A program made the translations under genes and the position numbers. The notes beneath the pieces are model-generated. The model saw only the letters and a program-made list of their open reading frames with translations, had not been told where the DNA came from and made no database searches. Below are positions 9,501 through 21,200 of a stretch of DNA of 64,000 bases, one piece after another (position 1 is the stretch's first letter; the number at the start of each line of letters is the position of its first letter). The stretch is from Eledone cirrhosa (Eukaryota). The stretch lies in the NCBI GenBank assembly GCA_964016885.1, contig OZ024747.1:29698001-29762000 (forward strand), given 5' to 3'.

Positions 9501-12244
9501 AATTTTCAGCCGTCCAAGGGGAGATAATTTCCATCCTTCCAAGGGGAGATAATTTCCAGCCGTCCAAGGAGAGATAATTTCCCGCCAGCCAAGGAGAGAT
9601 AACATTTAAAAAAATCAGGCGGAGATAATTTGTAAAAAAAATCAGGGGGAGATAATTTGTAAAAAAATCAGGGGGAGATAATTTGTAAAAAAAATCAGGG
9701 GTAGATAATTTCCAGCCGTCCAAGGGGAGATAATTTCCATCCTTCCAAGGGGAGATAATTTCCAGCCGTCCAAGGGGAGATAATTTCCCGCCAGCCAAGG
9801 AGAGATAATATTTAAAAAAATCAGGCGGAGATAATTTGTAAAAAAAAATCAGGGGGAGATAATTTGTAAAAAAAATCAAGGGGAGATAATTTCCAGCCGT
9901 CCAAGGGGAGGTAATATCTAGCCATCCAAGGGGAGATAATTTCCAGCCGTCCAAGGGGAGATAATTTCCAGCCGTCCAAGGGGAGATAATATCCAGCCGT
10001 CCAAGGAGACATATTTTCCAGCCGTCCAAGGAGACGTAATTTCTAGCCGTCCAAGGGGAGATAAGTTCCAGCCTCCAAGGGGAGATAATTTCCAGCCAGC
10101 CAAGGGGAGATAATTTGGAAAAAAATTAGGGGGAGATAATTTGTAAAAAAAAATTAGGGGGAGATAATTTGTAAAAAAAAATCAGGGGGAGATAATTTGT
10201 AAAAAAAAATCAGGGGGAGATAATTTGTAAAAAGAATCAAGGGGAGATAATTTCCAGCCGTCCAAGGGGAGATAATTTTCAGCCGTCCAAGGAGAGGTAA
10301 ATTCTAGCCGTCCAAGGAGATATAATTTCCAGCCGTCCAAGGGGAGATAATTTCCAGCCGTCCAAGGGGAGATAATTTAAAAAAAAAAATCAGGCGGAGA
10401 TAATTTGTAAACAAAAATCAGGGGGAGATAATTTTTAAAAAAAGAAGTCAGGGGGAGATAATTTGTAAAAAAAAATCAGGGGGAGATAATTTGTAAAAAA
10501 AATCAAGGGGAGATAATTTCCAGCCGTCCAAGGGGAGGTAATATCTAGCCATCCAAGGGGAGATAATTTCCAGCCGTCCAAGGGGAGATAATTTCCAGCC
10601 GTCCAAGGGGAGATAATATCCAGCCGTCCAAGGAGACATATTTTCCAGCCGTCCAAGGAGAGGTAATTTCTAGCCGTCCAAGGGGAGATAAGTTCCAGCC
10701 TCCAAGGGGAGATAATTTCCAGCCAGCCAAGGGGAGATAATTTGTAAAAAAATCAGGGGGGAGATAATTTGTAAAAAAAATCAGGGGGAGATAATTTGAA
10801 AAAAAAAATCAGGGGGAGATAATTTGTAAAAAATATCAAGGGGAGATAATTTCCAGCCCTCCAAGGGGCTATAATTTCCAGCCGTGCAAGGGGAGATAAT
10901 TTCCAGCCGTCCAAGGGGAGATAATTTCCATCCTTCCAAGGGGAGATAATTTCCAGCCGTCCAAGGGGAGATAATTTCCCGCCAGCCAAGGGAAGATAAT
11001 TTTTTAAAAAATCAGGCGGAGATTGTAAAAAAAATCAGGGGGAGATAATTTGTAAAAAAATCAGGGGGAGATAATTTGTAAAAAAAAAATCAGGGGGAGA
11101 TAATTTGTAAAAAAAAATCAGGGGGAGATAATTTGTAAAAAAAATCAGGGGGAGATAATTTGTAAAAAAAATCAGGGGTAGATAATTTGTAAAAAAAATC
11201 AGGGGGAGATAATTTGTAAAAAAAATCAGGGGGAGATAATTTGTAAAAAAAATCAGGGGTAGATAATTTTCAGCCGTCCAAGGGGAGATAATTTCCATCC
11301 TTCCAAGGGGAGATAATTTCCAGCCGTCCAAGGGGAGATAATTTCCCGCCAGCCAAGGAGAGATAACATTTAAAAAAATCAGGCGGAGATAATTTGTAAA
11401 AAAATCAGGGGGAGATAATTTGTAAAAAAAATCAGGGGTAGATAATTTCCAGCCGTCCAAGGGGAGATAATTTCCATCCTTCCAAGGGGAGATAATTTCC
11501 AGCCGTCCAAGGGGAGATAATTTCCCGCCAGCCAAGGAGAGATAATATTTAAAAAAATCAGGCGGAGATAATTTGTAAAAAAAATCAGGGGGAGATAATT
11601 TGTAAAAAAATCAGGGGGAGATAATTTGTAAAAAAAAATCAGGGGGAGATAATTTGTAAAAAAAAATCAGGGGGAGATAATTTGTAAAAAAAAATCAGGG
11701 GTAGATAATTTGTAAAAAAAAATCAGGGGGAGATAATTTGTAAAAAAAAAATCAGGGGGAGATAATTTGTAAAAAAATCAAGGGGAGATAATTTCCAGCC
11801 GTCCAAGGGGAGATAATTTTCAGCCGTCCAAGGAGAGGTAATTTCTAGCCGTCCAAGGGGAGATAATTTCCAGCCGTCCAAGGGGAGATAATTTTTTAAA
11901 AAAAATCAGGCGGAGATAATTTGTAAACAAAAATCAGGGGGAGATAATTTGTAAAAAAAAATCAGGGGGAGATAATTTGTAAAAAAAAATCAGGGGGAGA
12001 TAATTTGTAAAAAAAATCAAGGGGAGATAATTTGTAAAAAAAAATCAGGGGTAGATAATTTGTAAAAAAAAATCAGGGGGAGATAATTTGTAAAAAAAAA
12101 ATCAGGGGGAGATAATTTGTAAAAAAATCAAGGGGAGATAATTTCCAGCCGTCCAAGGGGAGATAATTTTCAGCCGTCCAAGGAGTGGTAATTTCTAGCC
12201 GTCCAAGGGGAGATAATTTCCAGCCAGCCAAGGGGAGATAATTT
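3486..12244. repeat. Satellite family A block 2 (~8.8 kb) with ~1.2-kb higher-order repeat
   Basis: Continuous 27/25-bp units. Diagnostic cassettes recur, e.g. equivalent ORF-track artefacts at 6676 and 7906, 1230 bp apart. Confidence 0.97.
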
Positions 12245-15200
12245 TTTTATGGGGGGGGTCCATTTTTATTTGGGTACCCCGTTTTTTATTTGGGTGCCCC
12301 GTTTTTTTATGGGGGGGGGTCCGTTTTTTATTTGGGTGTCCCGTTTTTTTATGGGGGGGGGTCCGTTTTTTATTTGGGTGCCCCGTTTTTTTATGGGGGG
12401 GGTCCGTTTTTTATTTGGGTACCCCGTTTTTTATTTGGGTGCCCCGTTTTTTTATGGGGGGATCCGTTTTTTATTTGGGTGCCCCGTTTTTTATTTGGGT
12501 GTCCCGTTTTTTTATGGGGGGATCCGTTTTTTATTTGGGTGCCCCGTTTTTTATGGGGGGGGGTCCGTTTTTTATTTGGGTACCCCGTTTTTTATTTGGG
12601 TGCCCCGTTTTTTTATGGGGGGGGTCCGTTTTTTATTTGGGTGCCCCGTTTTTTTATGGGGGGGGTCCGTTTTTTATTTGGGTGCCCCGTTTTTTTATGG
12701 GGGGGGGGTCCCGTTTTTTATTTGGGTGCCCCGTTTTTTTATGGGGGGGGGGTCCGTTTTTTATTTGGGTACCCCGTTTTTTATTTGGGTGCCCTGTTTT
12801 TTTATGGGGGGGGGTCCGTTTTTTATTTGGGTGCCCCGTTTTTTTATGGGGGGGGGTCCGTTTTTTATTTGGGTGCCCCGTTTTTTTATGGGGGGGTCCC
12901 GTTTTTTATTTGGGTGCCCCGTTTTTTTATGGGGGGGGGTCCGTTTTTTATTTGGGTACCCCGTTTTTTATTTGGGTGCCCCGTTTTTTTATGGGGGGGG
13001 TCCGTTTTTTATCTGGGTGCCCCGTTTTTTATTTGGGTGCCCCGTTTTTTTATGGGGGGGATCCGTTTTTTATTTGGGTGCCCCGTTTTATATTTGGGTG
13101 CCCCGTTTTTTATTTGGGTGCCCCGTTTTTTTATGGGGGGGTCCGTTTTTTATCTGGGTACCCCGTTTTTTATTTGGGTACCCCGTTTTTTATTTGGGTG
13201 CCCCGTTTTTTTATGGGGGGGGGTCCGTTTTTTATTTGGGTGCCCCGTTTTTTTAATGGGGGGGGGTCCGTTTTTTATTTGGGTGCCCCGTTTTTTATTT
13301 GGGTACCCCGTTTTTTATTTGGGTGCCCCGTTTTTTATTTGGGTGCCCCGTTTTTTTATGGGGGAGTCCGTTTTTTATTTGGGTGCCCCGTTTTTCATTT
13401 GGGTGCCCCGTTTTTTTATGGGGGGGTCCGTTTTTTATTTGGGTGCCCCGTTTTTTTATGGGGGGGGGCCGTTTTTTATTTGGGTACCCCGTTTTTTATT
13501 TGGGTGCCCCGTTTTTTATTTGGGTACCCCGTTTTTTATTTGGGTGCCCCGTTTTTTTATGGGGGGGGGTCCGTTTTTTATTTGGGTGCCCCGTTTTTTT
13601 ATGGGGGGGGTCCGTTTTTTATTTGGGTGCCCCGTTTTTTTATGGGGGGGTCCCGTTTTTTATTTGGGTGCCCCGTTTTTTTATGGGGGGGGTCCGTTTT
13701 TTATTTGGGTACCCCGTTTTTTATTTGGGTGCCCCGTTTTTTTATGGGGGGGTCCGTTTTTTATTTGGGTGCCCCGTTTTTTTATGGGGGGGTCCGTTTT
13801 TTATCTGGGTACCCCGTTTTTTATTTGGGTACCCCGTTTTTTATTTGGGTGCCCCGTTTTTTTATGGGGGGGGGTCCGTTTTTTATTTGGGTGCCCCGAC
13901 TTTTATTTGGGTGTCCCGTTTTTTTATGGGGGGGTCCCGTTTTTTATTTGGGTGCCCCGTTTTATATTTGGGTGCCCCGTTTTTTATTTGGGTGCCCCGT
14001 TTTTTTATGGGGGGGTCCGTTTTTTATCTGGGTACCCCGTTTTTTATTTGGGTACCCCGTTTTTTTATGGGGGGGGTCCGTTTTTTATTTGGGTGCCCCG
14101 TTTTTTTATGGGGGGGTCCCGTTTTTTATTTGGGTGCCCCGTTTTTTTATGGGGGGGGTCCGTTTTTTATTTGGGTACCCCGTTTTTTATTTGGGTGCCC
14201 CGTTTTTTTATGGGGGGGATCCGTTTTTTATTTGGGTGCCCCGTTTTATATTTGGGTGCCCCGTTTTTTATTTGGGTGCCCCGTTTTTTTATGGGGGGGT
14301 CCGTTTTTTATCTGGGTACCCCGTTTTTTATTTGGGTACCCCGTTTTTTATTTGGGTGCCCCGTTTTTTTATGGGGGGGGGTCCGTTTTTTATTTGGGTG
14401 CCCCGTTTTTTTAATGGGGGGGTCCGTTTTTTATTTGGGTGCCCCGTTTTTTATTTGGGTACCCCGTTTTTTATTTGGGTGCCCCGTTTTTTTCTGGGGG
14501 GGTCCCGTTTTTTATTTGGGTGCCCCGTTTTTATATGGGGGGGGGGTCCGTTTTTTATTTGGGTACCCCGTTTTTTATTTGGGTGTCCCGTTTTTTTATG
14601 GGGGGATCCGTTTTTTTATTTGGGTGCCCCGTTTTTTATGGGGGGGGGGTCCGTTTTTTATTTGGGTACCCCGTTTTTTATTTGGGTGCCCCGTTTTTTT
14701 ATGGGGGGGGGTCCGTTTTTTATTTGGGTGCCCCGTTTTTTTATGGGGGGGGGTCCGTTTTTTATTTGGGTGCCCCGTTTTTTTATGGGGGGGGGTCCCG
14801 TTTTTTATTTGGGTGCCCCGTTTTTTTATGGGGGGGGGTCCGTTTTTTATTTGGGTACCCCGTTTTTTATTTGGGTGCCCCGTTTTTTTATGGGGGGGGG
14901 GTCCGTTTTTTATTTGGGTGCCCCGTTTTTTTATGGGGGGGGTCCGTTTTTTATTTGGGTGCCCCGTTTTTTTATGGGGGGGTCCCGTTTTTTATTTGGG
15001 TGCCCCGTTTTTTTATGGGGGGGGTCCGTTTTTTATTTGGGTACCCCGTTTTTTATTTGGGTGCCCCGTTTTTTTATGGGGGGGTCCGTTTTTTATTTGG
15101 GTGCCCCGTTTTTTATTTGGGTGCCCCGTTTTTTTATGGGGGGGATCCGTTTTTTATTTGGGTGCCCCGTTTTATATTTGGGTGCCCCGTTTTTTATTTG

Positions 15201-18200
15201 GGTGCCCCGTTTTTTTATGGGGGGGTCCGTTTTTTATCTGGGTACCCCGTTTTTTATTTGGGTACCCCGTTTTTTATTTGGGTGCCCCGTTTTTTTATGG
15301 GGGGGGGGGGGGTCCGTTTTTTATTTGGGTGCCCCGTTTTTTTTATGGGGGGGGTCCGTTTTTTATTTGGGTGCCCCGTTTTTTATTTGGGTACCCCGTT
15401 TTTTATTTGGGTTTCCCGTTTTTTATTTGGGTGCCCCGTTTTTTTATGGGGGAGTCCGTTTTTTATTTGGGTGCCCCGTTTTTTATTTGGGTACCCCGTT
15501 TTTTATTTGGGTGCCCCGTTTTTTTATGGGGGGGTTCGTTTTTTATTTGGGTGCCCCGTTTTTTTATGGGGGGGGCCGTTTTTTATTTGGGTACCCCGTT
15601 TTTCATTTGGGTGCCCCGTTTTTTTATGGGGGGGTCCCGTTTTTTATTTGGGTGCCCCGTTTTATTATTTGGGTGCCCCGTTTTTTTATGGGGGGGGCCG
15701 TTTTTTATTTGGGTGCCCCGTTTTTTTATGGGGGGGGTCCGTTTTTTATTTGGGTACCCCGTTTTTTATTTGGGTGCCCCGTTTTTTTATGGGGGGATAC
15801 GTTTTTTATTTGGGTGCCCCGTTTTTTATTTGGGTGTGCCGTTTTTTTATGGGGGGGTCCGTTTTTTATTTGGGTGCCCCGTTTTTTTATGGGGGAGTCC
15901 GTTTTTTATTTGGGTGCCCCGTTTTTTATTTGGGTACCCCGTTTTTCATTTGGGTGCCCCGTTTTTTTATGGGGGGGTCCGTTTTTTATTTGGGTGCCCC
16001 GTTTTTTTATGGGGGGGGGCCGTTTTTTATTTGGGTACCCCGTTTTTTATTTGGGTGCCCCGTTTTTTATTTGGGTACCCCGTTTTTTATTTGGGTGCCC
16101 CGTTTTTTTATGGGGGGGGGTCCGTTTTTTATTTGGGTGCCCCGTTTTTTTATGGGGGGGGTCCGTTTTTTATTTGGGTGCCCCGTTTTTTTATGGGGGG
16201 GTCCCGTTTTTTATTTGGGTGCCCCGTTTTTTTATGGGGGGGGTCCGTTTTTTATTTGGGTACCCCGTTTTTTATTTGGGTGCCCCGTTTTTTTATGGGG
16301 GGGTCCGTTTTTTATTTGGGTGCCCCGTTTTTTTATGGGGGGGTCCGTTTTTTATCTGGGTACCCCGTTTTTTATTTGGGTACCCCGTTTTTTATTTGGG
16401 TGCCCCGTTTTTTTATGGGGGGGGGTCCGTTTTTTATTTGGGTGCCCCGACTTTTATTTGGGTGTCCCGTTTTTTTATGGGGGGGTCCCGTTTTTTATTT
16501 GGGTGCCCCGTTTTATATTTGGGTGCCCCGTTTTTTATTTGGGTGCCCCGTTTTTTTATGGGGGGGTCCGTTTTTTATCTGGGTACCCCGTTTTTTATTT
16601 GGGTACCCCGTTTTTTTATGGGGGGGGTCCGTTTTTTATTTGGGTGCCCCGTTTTTTTATGGGGGGGTCCCGTTTTTTATTTGGGTGCCCCGTTTTTTTA
16701 TGGGGGGGGTCCGTTTTTTATTTGGGTACCCCGTTTTTTATTTGGGTGCCCCGTTTTTTTATGGGGGGGATCCGTTTTTTATTTGGGTGCCCCGTTTTAT
16801 ATTTGGGTGCCCCGTTTTTTATTTGGGTGCCCCGTTTTTTTATGGGGGGGTCCGTTTTTTATCTGGGTACCCCGTTTTTTATTTGGGTACCCCGTTTTTT
16901 ATTTGGGTGCCCCGTTTTTTTATGGGGGGGGGTCCGTTTTTTATTTGGGTGCCCCGTTTTTTTAATGGGGGGGTCCGTTTTTTATTTGGGTGCCCCGTTT
17001 TTTATTTGGGTACCCCGTTTTTTATTTGGGTGCCCCGTTTTTTTCTGGGGGGGTCCCGTTTTTTATTTGGGTGCCCCGTTTTTATATGGGGGGGGGTCCG
17101 TTTTTTATTTGGGTACCCCGTTTTTTATTTGGGTGTCCCGTTTTTTTATGGGGGGATCCGTTTTTTATTTGGGTGCCCCGTTTTTTATGGGGGGGGGGTC
17201 CGTTTTTTATTTGGGTACCCCGTTTTTTATTTGGGTGCCCCGTTTTTTTATGGGGGGGGTCCGTTTTTTATTTGGGTGCCCCGTTTTTTTATGGGGGGGG
17301 GTCCGTTTTTTATTTGGGTGCCCCGTTTTTTTATGGGGGGGGGTCCCGTTTTTTATTTGGGTGCCCCGTTTTTTTATGGGGGGGGTCCGTTTTTTATTTG
17401 GGTACCCCGTTTTTTATTTGGGTGCCCCGTTTTTTTATGGGGGGGGGGTCCGTTTTTTATTTGGGTGCCCCGTTTTTTTATGGGGGGGGGTCCGTTTTTT
17501 ATTTGGGTGCCCCGTTTTTTTATGGGGGGGTCCCGTTTTTTATTTGGGTGCCCCGTTTTTTTATGGGGGGGGTCCGTTTTTTATTTGGGTACCCCGTTTT
17601 TTATTTGGGTGCCCCGTTTTTTTATGGGGGGGTCCGTTTTTTATTTGGGTGCCCCGTTTTTTATTTGGGTGCCCCGTTTTTTTATGGGGGGGATCCGTTT
17701 TTTATTTGGGTGCCCCGTTTTATATTTGGGTGCCCCGTTTTTTATTTGGGTGCCCCGTTTTTTTATGGGGGGGTCCGTTTTTTATCTGGGTACCCCGTTT
17801 TTTATTTGGGTACCCCGTTTTTTATTTGGGTGCCCCGTTTTTTTATGGGGGGGGGGGGTCCGTTTTTTATTTGGGTGCCCCGTTTTTTTTATGGGGGGGG
17901 TCCGTTTTTTATTTGGGTGCCCCGTTTTTTATTTGGGTACCCCGTTTTTTATTTGGGTTTCCCGTTTTTTATTTGGGTGCCCCGTTTTTTTATGGGGGAG
18001 TCCGTTTTTTATTTGGGTGCCCCGTTTTTTATTTGGGTACCCCGTTTTTTATTTGGGTGCCCCGTTTTTTTATGGGGGGGTTCGTTTTTTATTTGGGTGC
18101 CCCGTTTTTTTATGGGGGGGGCCGTTTTTTATTTGGGTACCCCGTTTTTCATTTGGGTGCCCCGTTTTTTTATGGGGGGGTCCCGTTTTTTATTTGGGTG

Positions 18201-21200
18201 CCCCGTTTTATTATTTGGGTGCCCCGTTTTTTTATGGGGGGGGCCGTTTTTTTATTTGGGTGCCCCGTTTTTTTATGGGGGGGGTCCGTTTTTTATTTGG
18301 GTACCCCGTTTTTTATTTGGGTGCCCCGTTTTTTTATGGGGGGATACGTTTTTTATTTGGGTGCCCCGTTTTTTATTTGGGTGTGCCGTTTTTTTATGGG
18401 GGGGTCCGTTTTTTATTTGGGTGCCCCGTTTTTTTATGGGGGGGGTCCGTTTTTTATTTGGGTACCCCTTTTGTTATTTGGGTGCCCCGTTTTTTTATGG
18501 GGGGGGGGTCCGTTTTTTATTTGGGTGCCCCTTTTTTTTATGGGGGGGGGGTCCGTTTTTTATTTGGGTGCCCCGTTTTTTTATGGGGGGGTCCCGTTTT
18601 TTATTTGGGTGCCCCGTTTTTTTATGGGGGGGGTCCGTTTTTTATTTGGGTACCCCGTTTTTTATTTGGGTGCCCCGTTTTTTATGGGGGGATCCGTTTT
18701 TTATTTGGGTGTCCCGTTTTATATTTGGGTGTCCCGTTTTTTTATGGGGGGGTCCGTTTTTTATTTGGGTGCCCCGTTTTTTTATGGGGGGGTCCCGTTT
18801 TTTATTTGGGTGCCCCGTTTTTTTATGGGGGGGGGGGTCCCGTTTCTTATTTGGGTGCCCCGTTTTTTTATGGGGGGGGTCCGTTTTTTATTTGGGTACC
18901 CCGTTTTTTATTTGGGTGCCCCGTTTTTTTATGGGGGGGGTCCGTTTTTTATTTGGGTGCCCCGTTTTTTTATGGGGGGGGTCCGTTTTTTATTTGGGTG
19001 CCCCGTTTTTTTATGGGGGGTCCCGTTTTTTATTTGGGTGCCCCGTTTTTTTATGGGGGGGGGGGTCCCGTTTTTTATTTGGGTACCCCGTTTTTTTATG
19101 GGGGGGTCCGTTTTTTATTTGGGTACCCCGTTTTTTATTTGGGTGCCCCGTTATTTTATGGGGGGGTCCGTTTTTTATTTGGGTGCCCCGTTTTTTTATG
19201 GGGGGGGGTCCGTTTTTTATTTGGGTGTCCCGTTTTTTTACGGGGGGTCCCGTTTTTTATTTGGGTGCCCCGTTTTTTATTTGGGTGCCCCGTTTTTTTA
19301 TGGGGGGGGGTCCGTTTTTTATTTGGGTGCCCCGTTTTTTTATGGGGGGACCGTTTTTTATCTGGGTACCCCGTTGTTTATTTGGGTACCCCGTTTTTTT
19401 TTATGGGGGGGTCCGTTTTTTTTATGGGGGGGTCCGTTTTTTATTTGGGTACCCCGTTTTTTATTTGGGTGCCGCGTTTTTTTATGGGGGGGGGTCCGTT
19501 TTTTATTTGGGTGCCCCGTTTTTTTATGGGGGTACCCCGTTTTTTATTTGGGTGCCCCGTTTTTTTTATGGGGGGGGTCCGTTTTTTTATTTGGGTGCCC
19601 CGTTTTTTTATGGGGGGGGGCCGTTTTTTATTTGGGTGCCCCGTTTTTTTATGGGGGTACCCCGTTTTTTATTTGGGTGCCCCGTTTTTTTATGGGGGGG
19701 GGGGTCCGTTTTTTATTTGGGTGCCCCGTTTTTTTATGGGGGGGGGCCGTTTTTTATTTGGGTGCCCCGTTTTTTATTTGGGTACCCCGTTTTTTATTTG
19801 GATTTCCCGTTTTTTATTTGGGTGCCCCGTTTTTTTATGGGGGAGTCCGTTTTTTATTTGGGTGCCCCGTTTTTTATTTGGGTACCCCGTTTTTTATTTG
19901 GGTGCCCCGTTTTTTTTATGGGGGGGTTCGTTTTTTATTTGGGTGCCCCGTTTTTTTATGGGGGGGGGCCGTTTTTTATTTGGGTACCCCGTTTTTTATT
20001 TGGGTGCCCCGTTTTTTTATGGGGGGGTCCCGTTTTTTATTTGGGTGCCCCGTTTTATTATTTGGGTGCCCCGTTTTTTTATGGGGGGGGGCCGTTTTTT
20101 ATTTGGGTGCCCCGTTTTTTTATGGGGGGGGTCCGTTTTTTATTTGGGTACCCCGTTTTTTATTTGGGTGCCCCGTTTTTTTATGGGGGGATCCGTTTTT
20201 TATTTGGGTGCCCCGTTTTTTATTTGGGTGTCCCGTTTTTTTTATGGGGGGGTCCGTTTTTTATTTGGGTGCCCCGTTTTTTTATGGGGGGGGTCCGTTT
20301 TTTATTTGGGTACCCCTTTTGTTATTTGGGTGCCCCGTTTTTTTATGGGGGGGGGGTCCGTTTTTTATTTGGGTGCCCCGTTTTTTTATGGGGGGGGTCC
20401 GTTTTTTATTTGGGTGCCCCGTTTTTTTATGGGGGGGGTCCCGTTTTTTATTTGGGTGCCCCGCTTTTTTATGGGGGGGGGGGCCGTTTTTTATTTGGGT
20501 ACCCCGTTTTTTATTTGGGTGCCCCGTTTTTTATGGGGGGATCCGTTTTTTATTTGGGTGTCCCGTTTTTTATTTGGGTGTCCCGTTTTTTTATGGGGGG
20601 GTCCGTTTTTTATTTGGGTGCCCCGTTTTTTTATGGGGGGGTCCCGTTTTTTATTTGGGTGCCCCGTTTTTTATGGGGGGGTCCCGTTTCTTATTTGGGT
20701 GCCCCGTTTTTTTATGGGGGGGGTCCGTTTTTTATTTGGGTACCCCGTTTTTTATTTGGGTGCCCCGTTTTTTTATGGGGGGGTCCGTTTTTTATTTGGG
20801 TGCCCCGTTTTTTTATGGGGGGGGTCCGTTTTTTATTTGGGTGCCCCGTTTTTTTATGGGGGGGGTCCGTTTTTTATTTGGGTACCCCGTTTTTTATTTG
20901 GGTGCCCCGTTTTTTTATGGGGGGGGGTCCGTTTTTTATTTGGGTGCCCCGTTTTTTTATGGGGGGGGTCCGTTTTTTATTTGGGTGCCCCGTTTTTTTA
21001 TGGGGGGTCCCGTTTTTTATTTGGGTGCCCCGTTTTTTTATGGGGGGGGGTCCCGTTTTTTATTTGGGTACCCCGTTTTTTTATGGGGGGTCCGTTTTTT
21101 ATTTGGGTACCCCGTTTTTTTATGGGGGGTCCGTTTTTTATTTGGGTACCCCGTTTTTTATTTGGGTGCCCCGTTTTTTTATGGGGGGGTCCGTTTTTTA

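Noticed and set aside
3486-12244. CRISPR-like appearance (constant 13-bp core with variable intervening sequence)
   Set aside because: The intervening parts are only 12-16 bp, fall into two recurring classes rather than unique spacers, and there are no cas genes or leader.
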